Assembly: GCA_050250375.1 (NCBI GenBank)
Contig: JBFWOS010000001.1
Span: 830,361-894,360 of the forward strand
Length of the DNA stretch: 64,000 nt
Source of the DNA: Candidatus Omnitrophota bacterium
Lineage (GTDB): Bacteria > Omnitrophota > Gorgyraeia > Zapsychrales > Zapsychraceae
Reading direction: 5' to 3'
The notes under the pieces: model-generated
What the model saw: only the letters and a program-made list of their open reading frames with translations
Database searches by the model: none
Told to the model about the DNA's origin: nothing
Program-made: the position numbers and the translations under genes
Shown: positions 49,266 through 57,343 of the stretch, piece after piece
Layout of the letters: every line of letters starts with the position of its first letter
Position numbering within the stretch: position 1 is the first letter of the stretch

Positions 49266-50427
49266 TTAGCCCTGACCGCTCCGGCGGCCAATAGATTTTA
49301 AAAACTTTACCCTTAACGTTTTCCTCTGGGACAAATCCCCAATAACGGCTGTCATGACTTTTAGCGCTATTGTCCCCTAGGACAAAATAATGTCCCGTCG
49401 GCACAGTGACAGGCCTCTGTCCGTAATATCCGTTAGCATAGTAGTCAATAGATTTTATCCTGGGATCCATAATCAACTCGCCGTTAATATAAATATCGTC
49501 ATTCTTTATCTCAACCTTTTCGCCCTCAAAGGCGATGAGTCGTTTTATAAAATCACGCCTCTTGTCTTCAGGATAAATAAATACGATTAAATCTCCGCGT
49601 TGCGGTGCCGATTCTTTATAAATCCTTTTATCTACCAATATTCTGTCGCCTACTAATAAAGTCGGCGACATTGATCCGGCTGGAATTTTATAGGCTTGCA
49701 CAATATTCTTTCTGACATACATTGTCACCGGAAGGCTAATAACCATCGGCATAATAAATGCAAACACAATCCCACAAATGAGAAACTTTTTGTTGTATCC
49801 AGCGAATCGGCTTTCGAGATCATGAAGTTGATTAAATTTTGTAGAAGAAAAATATGCATCAACAATTATATACAACCTAAACAAAAATAAAGAAACAAGC
49901 AGAGCAATCAAAAAAAGATTGGATTTGGTTTCAGGGAGAAAAATATAACCCGCCAGCGCATTGGAACAAACAACGCGGAGCACAAAAAACAGTATCCCTT
50001 TTTTAGGATACCCTGCATAGATTTGGCCCAACCCATCACAACAAAGACTTAAAATAATCGCCAATAAAGGTTCTTTTGGTTTTTGAACGATGCTTTTCTT
50101 CCAAGGTAAGAATCCCCAGATCTTTTCCCAGACTTGAAATGCATCACCCATCATCTCCAAACAAGCGGAGTCTTTTTCATCCCAGTTCACAAAGGTATAT
50201 TTTTTATTCTTATCGGATATTTTTTCTTCCAACAATCCATATAACTTCATTCCTACCGGTTTGATGGATTTGACTCTTGACACATTAAGGATCTTTACAG
50301 TGAATACTTTCTTGTTATAACCCCGGATGGTAATTTCAAGATACTTTCCTTTTTCACGGACTGAGATAATCGTCCCGTCGTGTATATCTTTCGGGCCGAC
50401 ATAATTTAAGTTTGGATTTTCCTGCAT
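49258..50427 (-). CDS. lepB: Signal peptidase I with extra N-terminal domains
   Basis: GSMSPTL, FIKRL, GDNSAKSHDSRYWG; preceded by a GLGQIY TM module and an ~100 aa soluble domain. Confidence 0.9.
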   Translation of the reverse strand: MQENPNLNYVGPKDIHDGTIISVREKGKYLEITIRGYNKKVFTVKILNVSRVKSIKPVGMKLYGLLEEKISDKNKKYTFVNWDEKDSACLEMMGDAFQVWEKIWGFLPWKKSIVQKPKEPLLAIILSLCCDGLGQIYAGYPKKGILFFVLRVVCSNALAGYIFLPETKSNLFLIALLVSLFLFRLYIIVDAYFSSTKFNQLHDLESRFAGYNKKFLICGIVFAFIMPMVISLPVTMYVRKNIVQAYKIPAGSMSPTLLVGDRILVDKRIYKESAPQRGDLIVFIYPEDKRRDFIKRLIAFEGEKVEIKNDDIYINGELIMDPRIKSIDYYANGYYGQRPVTVPTGHYFVLGDNSAKSHDSRYWGFVPEENVKGKVFKIYWPPERSGLIE

Positions 50428-50437
50428 TGTTTTAACC

Positions 50438-51127
50438 TCAAGCCCAACTCAATCCATCAGGCAACGTGTAGTCGCTATACTCTAAATGAACAACTCGACG
50501 TTGAGCCGGTTTGTCCGCTTTGTTGGATGAATGAAGAACATGCGGGCGCATCAGGACCGCATCACCTCTTTCAACGATACAGGAAACGGAATCACGTTTA
50601 ACTTTCAGTTCATCAACTTGATTTTGAGTTAATATACCAAACTGATGTGATCTAGGAATTACCTTTAGACAACCGTTTGATTCATCGGCCGGGTCTAAAT
50701 GGATGCGGATCGTCACCATACGTTCCAGGACATTGATGTCCGGCTGGACATGTTGTACACCATCTTTGATGGTCCATGGCCCCCAGCCTGCTATGTCGGT
50801 TTGCCGGTCGACTGCGATCGTTTTGTCCTGATGCCATACAACACCCCAATTGGCCTCGCTTGTTTTATTAAAATAAATCGCCCTGACCATCTGGGGTTTT
50901 CCATTCAGCACCGTCTCAGCAAGGTCCAGAACTTTTGGGGAACGAGTCAAATGGTACACGGCCTTCACTTTTTTCTCCAAATTCCTTATACCGGAAACAG
51001 CGTCATTTCCTAAACACGATTTGATTTCTCTGCCAAGCAAATCCGCCTCGTCTTGATTCAAAAGATTCTTGAGAACAAAACATCCCTGTTCAACCAGATC
51101 CTTTTTTACGTTATTCTTCACGAGCAT
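50438..51127 (-). CDS. Phytanoyl-CoA dioxygenase (PhyH) family protein
   Basis: WHQD, NGCLKVIPRSH, LHSS and RRVVHLEY motifs. Confidence 0.9.
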   Translation of the reverse strand: MLVKNNVKKDLVEQGCFVLKNLLNQDEADLLGREIKSCLGNDAVSGIRNLEKKVKAVYHLTRSPKVLDLAETVLNGKPQMVRAIYFNKTSEANWGVVWHQDKTIAVDRQTDIAGWGPWTIKDGVQHVQPDINVLERMVTIRIHLDPADESNGCLKVIPRSHQFGILTQNQVDELKVKRDSVSCIVERGDAVLMRPHVLHSSNKADKPAQRRVVHLEYSDYTLPDGLSWA

Positions 51128-51494
51128 TGGATATCCCTTTACCGTATTTCTTTAGAAACTCTTCTCTTATTTTTTTTGTTTTTTCTACATCTTCAATTTC
51201 TCTCGACATCGGTTCATCGGCCTGGTCTGTTTCGATAATCTTAATGACGATTTCATCCCCACACTTTAATTTTTGATGCTTGATCCAACGCAAATGTTCA
51301 TTCAACTTTTCACGATGTTGGGTTAATCCCCCAACAAAAATATCTATATTCACCTTATCTTTTACATAAACCGCGCCTTTTGATTCTTTGCCCAACGTTC
51401 CGACAGCTGATATTCCTGCATTTAGCCCCCCGAGGTCAGAACCGCCGGCAATAATCGGTTGATCATTATTCACTTGAACTTGAAGTGCAATCAT
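51111..51494 (-). CDS. Hypothetical protein, paralog of the upstream gene
   Basis: MIA...AG...VGGL...EHL.WI....L...DE..I.I.E.D.AD.P pattern. Confidence 0.75.
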   Translation of the reverse strand: MIALQVQVNNDQPIIAGGSDLGGLNAGISAVGTLGKESKGAVYVKDKVNIDIFVGGLTQHREKLNEHLRWIKHQKLKCGDEIVIKIIETDQADEPMSREIEDVEKTKKIREEFLKKYGKGISNAREE

Positions 51495-51795
51495 CTATTT
51501 GAGGCCTCCTCTTTTTGGGTAAATCCGCTTCATCCATTTCCAGAATTCTTATCTTTAGTTCGTCGTTTATATTTAATTCTCTATGCCCGATCCAATCCAG
51601 ATGTTCTCCCTGGTCACCATTCTGTGGCGCAGACAAACCCCCAACGTGTAGAAAAAAATCATCATTCTTTATTTTAGTAGGATGTATTTTCTTAAGATTG
51701 AAAGAACAGGACAAAATGCTACCTAAAACACACAAATCTTCTCTTCCGGCGATAACCAACCGTTCTCCATTTAATAGAATCTCAAATGCGATCAT
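51466..51795 (-). CDS. Hypothetical protein, paralog of the downstream gene
   Basis: Same pattern; RBS GGGAG before MIAFEI. Confidence 0.75.
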   Translation of the reverse strand: MIAFEILLNGERLVIAGREDLCVLGSILSCSFNLKKIHPTKIKNDDFFLHVGGLSAPQNGDQGEHLDWIGHRELNINDELKIRILEMDEADLPKKRRPQIDDCTSSSSE

Positions 51796-51880
51796 ATCAC
51801 TCCCTAAATTTTTTTGATTCCCCAAAATGCTTGATCAAGAACACTTCCTCACACTTCTATTTCTTGTTTTATTACTAATA

Positions 51881-52129
51881 TTATTTCGTATTACTCTTTT
51901 TTCTCAAATCTTTATTAAAGTAAACAATCGGAAGCAAAATCATCATGGTACCAAGGACAATGACGCTGATAACCGGATAAAGCGGCTGGCCTTTGAAATT
52001 GTCAACCGGTTCGCCGTATCTTCCTTGCATGATACTTGTCACTGCCCAAATAAAAGTCGGGATTGCGGCCAGCATGGTTAATATAAATCCTGCCCTGGAT
52101 AAGTATCTTCTATTCTTCTTAATACTCAT
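51881..52129 (-). CDS. Small two-TM membrane protein
   Basis: RBS GGAAGG; two hydrophobic helices. Confidence 0.65.
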   Translation of the reverse strand: MSIKKNRRYLSRAGFILTMLAAIPTFIWAVTSIMQGRYGEPVDNFKGQPLYPVISVIVLGTMMILLPIVYFNKDLRKKSNTK

Positions 52130-52248
52130 CAGCCTTCCCCATTAATCCACAAAAACAAACATTTTAGCGAAAAACATATTATAGATGGATTCTGGAAAAA
52201 TTGGTAGGCTGATTTGGCCGGAGGCCTGGTGAGAGGCCGTGATGGTTA

Positions 52249-52407
52249 TTAGGCCATCACGGTCTGGTTGGATGTTTTGAGGTTATATTTTCTGGACCGG
52301 TTGATGGCCCTGGTCCTGGCTTGCCGGAAATAAAGATAGGTTTCCCCGGCCAGTAAACCGCCGGTGAACCCGCCTGCCCCGCATACCATAATCAATAAAA
52401 TTGTCAT
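52249..52407 (-). CDS. 52-aa small membrane protein, below the ORF-track cutoff
   Basis: RBS AAGGGAGG; MTILLIMVCGAGGFTGGLLAGETYLYFRQARTRAINRSRKYNLKTSNQTVMA*. Confidence 0.7.
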   Translation of the reverse strand: MTILLIMVCGAGGFTGGLLAGETYLYFRQARTRAINRSRKYNLKTSNQTVMA

Positions 52408-52436
52408 GTGATCCTCCCTTGTTGTCGCTCAAGAAC

Positions 52437-52490
52437 AGGATAAACCGGCTGTGTAAACAAAAGGTGAAATCCAGGTAAAATGAGGGTAAA
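52437..52490 (-). promoter_or_regulatory. Pho-box-like tandem repeats plus a -10 element
   Basis: TTTACC-N5-TTTACC-N5-TTCACC-N5-TTTACA, then 9 nt and TATCCT. Confidence 0.7.
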
Positions 52491-52508
52491 TTTTAATCGG
52501 GGGTGACT

Positions 52509-53879
52509 TCAGCCGGCGGGTTTCTGGGACACAAACAGGGCCTTGCGTTTGTTGAGGGTTGTGTAGGCCCGGACGGCCTGCCGGATGGACAGCATCTTGC
52601 ACTCGATGGAATGCCGGTTCAGGTAATCCCGGCCGTCTTTGGTCACCCGGATCACCCGGTTCTTCCTGGCGACAATCAGGACCTCTGTCTTCTTTTTGCA
52701 GAAACGGCGGATGATCTGGGCGTCGATCATATTCTTCTGGAGGAAGATCTTGAAATCGGTGCCGCCGTTTAGCTCCTTGATCTTCCCGTCGGCCCGGATA
52801 TAGAAGGATTTGTCGATCGTCATGTCATCGATGTGGACCCGGTCCCCGCGCTGAAGGGTGACGAGCGGATATTTCTTGCTTTTGAGGGTCTGCTTCTTTT
52901 TTAAATCCCTTTTCAGAAGAGCGACCGCCCCCAGGATGACGGCATCGTCACCGAGTTCGGACAAGACGATGCGGCAATGGTCGATCCCGGCCAGAAACGG
53001 GTTGGCCCCGGAACGCCGCCTGACGCGCGGAAGGATATACGTCCCGCAGGCCTCCATCATGCCCCCGCCCAGAACGATCAATTCGGGATTCAGGATATGC
53101 CGCATGGAGATGCAGGCGTTGCCGAGCGTCCGGCACAATTCATTGATGACACTGACCGTTAACGGATCTTTTTTGGCCAGCGCCTGCGCGATCACCCGGC
53201 TTTTAATCTGCGCCAGATCATCTCCCTGGATTTTGGTAATCAGGCTTTTTTTTCCGGCCCTGACCGCGTCGCGGATTTCCCGCTCAACCGCCCGGCGGCT
53301 GGTCAGCGCCTCCAGTGTCCCGCGCAGACCCGCGCTCTCTTTGGCGCTGTTCTGGTCGATGATCACATGCCCCAGTTCCCCGGCAATCCCCTGAGCGCCA
53401 TACAGCAGTTTACCGTCAACAATAATTGCCCCGCCGACGCCGGTCCCCGGAAACAGCCCGATGACATTATTCGCGTCCCTGGCCGCCCCCAGCCATTTTT
53501 CCCCGAGAAGCCCCAAATTAACATCATTACCCAAGATGACCCTGACCCCGAACAGCCGTGACAGCCGCTGGGACAACGGAAAATTGGCAAGATTAATATT
53601 GGGCGTACGCAGGATGTCGGTCTTGTTGGGCCGGACAATTCCCGGAACTCCCAGACAGATCCCTTTAAGCTGATTGATGTCTAACTTTTGTTCCTTAAAA
53701 AATCCCTGCAGGTGCGCGCGGACCTGGGCATAAATCCGCTGGGCCGAGGCCTTCTGCAAGGTCGCGCATTTTTTACGGGCCAGGATTTTTCCGGTCCCGT
53801 CAATCAACGCGGCCAGGATCTTGGTCCCGCCGATGTCGACCCCGCAATAAATTTTTTTGTTTGGGTTAACCCCTGTCAT
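52509..53879 (-). CDS. ROK family sugar kinase fused to a C-terminal Mth938-like domain
   Basis: DIGGTK, NDVN, GTGVGG, GELGH and GGG motifs; C-terminal ~120 aa with EVLIV..AVRAY. Confidence 0.85.
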   Translation of the reverse strand: MTGVNPNKKIYCGVDIGGTKILAALIDGTGKILARKKCATLQKASAQRIYAQVRAHLQGFFKEQKLDINQLKGICLGVPGIVRPNKTDILRTPNINLANFPLSQRLSRLFGVRVILGNDVNLGLLGEKWLGAARDANNVIGLFPGTGVGGAIIVDGKLLYGAQGIAGELGHVIIDQNSAKESAGLRGTLEALTSRRAVEREIRDAVRAGKKSLITKIQGDDLAQIKSRVIAQALAKKDPLTVSVINELCRTLGNACISMRHILNPELIVLGGGMMEACGTYILPRVRRRSGANPFLAGIDHCRIVLSELGDDAVILGAVALLKRDLKKKQTLKSKKYPLVTLQRGDRVHIDDMTIDKSFYIRADGKIKELNGGTDFKIFLQKNMIDAQIIRRFCKKKTEVLIVARKNRVIRVTKDGRDYLNRHSIECKMLSIRQAVRAYTTLNKRKALFVSQKPAG

Positions 53880-53889
53880 TCCGTGTGTC

Positions 53890-55245
53890 CTATTTTTTAT
53901 TCCATACTATTTTAATATTTTTCTGGAATACGTCCCGAAATAAATCACCTTTTTTCAAAGCGGTCTCTTTGTCTTGGTCAGCGAAATCATTGGATTCAAT
54001 ATGGATGGTGATGTCCCCGCCTTTCAGCGAACACTCCAGGTCTTTAACGGAATTCAGGTGGCTGCGGTCGAGGCCGTCGGCGACTCTTAAAACCCCCGCC
54101 AGTTTTTTGAGTTCGTCTCTTTTACCGGCCTCCAGATCGGAATAATATTTGTGAGAATTTCTCGGCAACACCCGGCGATGATACCGGGCCACCAGGGCGA
54201 CGATCAGCCGTTCTTCATCCGTCAGCGGCAGGCCGAATGATTTAAGGATGATGTCCCGCGCCGTCTTGTGATGCCGGATCCTGCCCTTGACCCACCCGAT
54301 GTCATGCAAAAGCGACGCCGACTGCAGCAGAAGCCGCTGGCGTTTTCCCAGCCCATGCAGGGCGGTCAGTTCATCAAATAATTTCAAGGCCAGCCGTGTC
54401 ACCTGGTGGGAATGCGGCTGTTCGTAATCACAGGAGCGGGCCAGCTTCAAAACTTCATTGATCACGGCCTGCTCGGGGCTGTTTTTATTTTCTGTATTAT
54501 TAACATCACTCAGGCTGCGGCCCGATTCAATCGACCGGCAGATGTCTTTGGGAAATCCTTCATCTTTCATTTTTTTCAGGACCTTGCGCAGATCATATTT
54601 GATCCTGACATTACGGACCTTGATCCCGGTCTTTGACTTTTCCAGGATGATATAAGACGCGGCCGGATTCCCGTCAAACGGACGGCCGACGCTGCCGGGG
54701 TTGATAAAATGCACACCTCCTGCGTGGCGGGTCATGTAGACATGCGTATGTCCAAAAAGCACGATATCGGCCTTGACGGTCTTGGCCAGTTCAACAAACC
54801 GTTCCCTGGGCGTGTCAACGGTCAACGGCTCATCGATCGACTCGGGACTTCCGTGCACCAGCAGAAATTTCTTTCCCATCGCCTGCGTTTCAAGCATATG
54901 CGGCAGGCCGGACAAATACGATTTTTCCTCTTCCCCGAGATGTTTGTAGGTCCAGGCGAAGGAAAAATATTTGGACGGGTCTTTGATCCGTTTCCATTTC
55001 TTTTTTTTGTCGGGAAACTTGAGAACATTCTGGTCATAGTTCCCGGCGATGCAGCGGGAAACACAACCTTTAAGAAGATGGACAACCTTTTGGGGGTTCG
55101 GACCGTACCCGATAAAATCGCCCAGGTACCAGATGTGTTTGATCTTGTTCCTGCGGACATCTCTCAGCACGGCTTCAAGCGCAGGACCATTCGCGTGGGC
55201 GTCAGCGAGGACAGCAATTGTTTGGGTATCTTCAGTCGGCATCAA
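53890..55245 (-). CDS. YfcE-type metallophosphoesterase fused to a Ppx/GppA-type HD domain
   Basis: DAHAN, GDFIGYG, GNYD, HGSP and GHTH; then H..QV, LHDIG, RYHRR and ADGLD. Confidence 0.88.
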   Translation of the reverse strand: MMPTEDTQTIAVLADAHANGPALEAVLRDVRRNKIKHIWYLGDFIGYGPNPQKVVHLLKGCVSRCIAGNYDQNVLKFPDKKKKWKRIKDPSKYFSFAWTYKHLGEEEKSYLSGLPHMLETQAMGKKFLLVHGSPESIDEPLTVDTPRERFVELAKTVKADIVLFGHTHVYMTRHAGGVHFINPGSVGRPFDGNPAASYIILEKSKTGIKVRNVRIKYDLRKVLKKMKDEGFPKDICRSIESGRSLSDVNNTENKNSPEQAVINEVLKLARSCDYEQPHSHQVTRLALKLFDELTALHGLGKRQRLLLQSASLLHDIGWVKGRIRHHKTARDIILKSFGLPLTDEERLIVALVARYHRRVLPRNSHKYYSDLEAGKRDELKKLAGVLRVADGLDRSHLNSVKDLECSLKGGDITIHIESNDFADQDKETALKKGDLFRDVFQKNIKIVWNKK

Positions 55246-55305
55246 TCATTTCCATCCGTTATTTAAAAAAGAGTAATCCCGATGATCCGGCCCGGCGCCG
55301 TTGGA

Positions 55306-57339
55306 TTACGTCCCGTAAAGTTTGATCAGGTGGTTCTGAAAGTTGAACGGCGCTGTCTTGGATTTTAATTTCTGGTACTTCTGGCCCGCGGTTAATTCCC
55401 AGGCCTTCTGATTGTCTTTCCAGCTCAGGTCCATGACTTCCATCAGGTGTGATTTTAATTCGGTCTTGTTGATCTCAAACAAAATCTCGATCCGGCGGTC
55501 AAAATTCCGGGCCATCCAGTCGGCCGACCCGAGGAAGACCCGCGGGTTTTCGTTATTGTTGTAAATAAAAATGCGGGTATGCTCCAGAAACCTGCCGACG
55601 ATGCTGCGGACTTCGATATGTTCACTCAAATCTTTCACTCCGGGGACCAGGCAGCAGATGCCGCGGACAACCAGCCTGATTTTAACGCCGGCTTGTGAGG
55701 CTTCGTATAATTTATCGATGATCGCGTGATCTTCCAGCGAATTGAACTTGGCAAAGATCTTTCCGTTTTTGTATTTATTCTGGAACCGGATCTCCCGGTC
55801 GATCAGGGACAGCGTATATTCCCGCAAACTCTCCGGGGCCGTGACGATCCCTTCCCACTGGGTCGGCTGGGAATAGCCGGTGATCACGTTAAAAAGCTCA
55901 GAGATGTCCCTGGCCACGTCTTCATTGACCGTAAAATACCCCAGGTCCGTATACGTATGGGCCGTCTTTTCATTATAATTCCCCGTCGAAAGATGGACAT
56001 ACCGCCGGATCTTCCCCTCTTCTTCACGGACGATCAGGGTCATCTTGGAGTGGACCTTCAGTCCGGTCAGCCCGTAAATCACGTGACACCCGGCCTCTTC
56101 CAGCTGGCGTGTCCATTTGATATTGTTTTCTTCATCAAACCGCGCCTTGATCTCAACCAGGGTTGTCACCTGCTTGCCGTTTTGCGCCGCTTCCTTGAGG
56201 GCATCAATGATGGCCGATCCCTTATTGGTCCGGTATAACGTCATCTTGATCGCCAGGACATGCGGGTCGCGCGCCGCCGCCTGAATCAGGTCGACCGTCG
56301 GATAAAAGGACTGGTACGGCAGATGAACCAGCATCTCCTGCTCTTTGATCCTTTCAAAAATATCGTCATATGGGACTTTCCGGGGATTGTGGCTGTCGTA
56401 TGTAATCCTGGCGGTGTCCAGCTGGTTGAACAGCTCGAATAAGAACGTCAGGTCGAGGCAGGCCTTGATCCTGGTTACCTCAACCAGGGGAAAATTCAGG
56501 CCGTCACACAACATCTGCTGCAGTTCGGAACTGCAGTCGCCTTCGACCTCCAGATAAACCGGTTTGGCAAAGGTCCGTCTTTTAACCTGTTCATCAATGG
56601 CCTTAAGAAGGTCCGATGTCAGCTCTTCATCTCCCTCGATCTCGCTGTCCCGGATAACCCGGAACAAAGAAAATTCCGTAATATGATACCCTTTAAACAG
56701 TCCGGATAAATATTCCCGGATAATCTCTTCCACCAGGATAAATTGATATTCATCCCGGGGAGAAGGCAACTTCACCAGTCTGGGAATATTTTTGGGAACA
56801 GGAATGATCGCCAGATGGCTCTCCCCTTTTTTATCGATATGGACGGCAAACGACATGGTTTTGGACGGAAGCACCGGAAACGGATGTCCCGGATCAACCG
56901 CCATCGGGGTAATGATCGGAAACAGGGTCGTCTCAAAATAATTTTTGATAAATTTCTTCTGGTCATTTTTTAACTCGTCCAGGCTTTTGATAAAAATCCT
57001 GTTCTTGGCCAGCTCTTTGAGGATCTTGTTATTATAAATTTCATACAGGGCGTCGATCAGCTGATGGGATTTGTCAAGGATCAGGCCCATCAGTTCGGTG
57101 GGCGTATAACCGTAACGCGGGTCATTGTTGATCTGGGACTCGATCATATTCTTCAGGCTGGCCACGCGGACCATAAAGAATTCGTCCATGTTGCTGACGA
57201 AGATGGCCAGGAACTTGGCCCTTTCCAGGATCGGGTTTGATAAATCGTTGGCTTCGTTCAGGACCCGTTCGTTAAACAGCAGCCAGCTGTAGTCTCGCGG
57301 GATATATTTTTCTTTATCACTGATGGTTATCTTTTTCAT
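55306..57339 (-). CDS. ppk1: Polyphosphate kinase 1
   Basis: SWLLFNERVL, DEFFMVRVA, KMTLYRT, KARFDE, KVHSK, GRFLEH and SADWM motifs. Confidence 0.97.
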   Translation of the reverse strand: MKKITISDKEKYIPRDYSWLLFNERVLNEANDLSNPILERAKFLAIFVSNMDEFFMVRVASLKNMIESQINNDPRYGYTPTELMGLILDKSHQLIDALYEIYNNKILKELAKNRIFIKSLDELKNDQKKFIKNYFETTLFPIITPMAVDPGHPFPVLPSKTMSFAVHIDKKGESHLAIIPVPKNIPRLVKLPSPRDEYQFILVEEIIREYLSGLFKGYHITEFSLFRVIRDSEIEGDEELTSDLLKAIDEQVKRRTFAKPVYLEVEGDCSSELQQMLCDGLNFPLVEVTRIKACLDLTFLFELFNQLDTARITYDSHNPRKVPYDDIFERIKEQEMLVHLPYQSFYPTVDLIQAAARDPHVLAIKMTLYRTNKGSAIIDALKEAAQNGKQVTTLVEIKARFDEENNIKWTRQLEEAGCHVIYGLTGLKVHSKMTLIVREEEGKIRRYVHLSTGNYNEKTAHTYTDLGYFTVNEDVARDISELFNVITGYSQPTQWEGIVTAPESLREYTLSLIDREIRFQNKYKNGKIFAKFNSLEDHAIIDKLYEASQAGVKIRLVVRGICCLVPGVKDLSEHIEVRSIVGRFLEHTRIFIYNNNENPRVFLGSADWMARNFDRRIEILFEINKTELKSHLMEVMDLSWKDNQKAWELTAGQKYQKLKSKTAPFNFQNHLIKLYGT

Positions 57340-57343
57340 AAGG

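Noticed and set aside
48760-52200. Integron cassette array
   Set aside because: Genes overlap or abut with no room for attC hairpins; only an isolated GTTAGAT core; no intI
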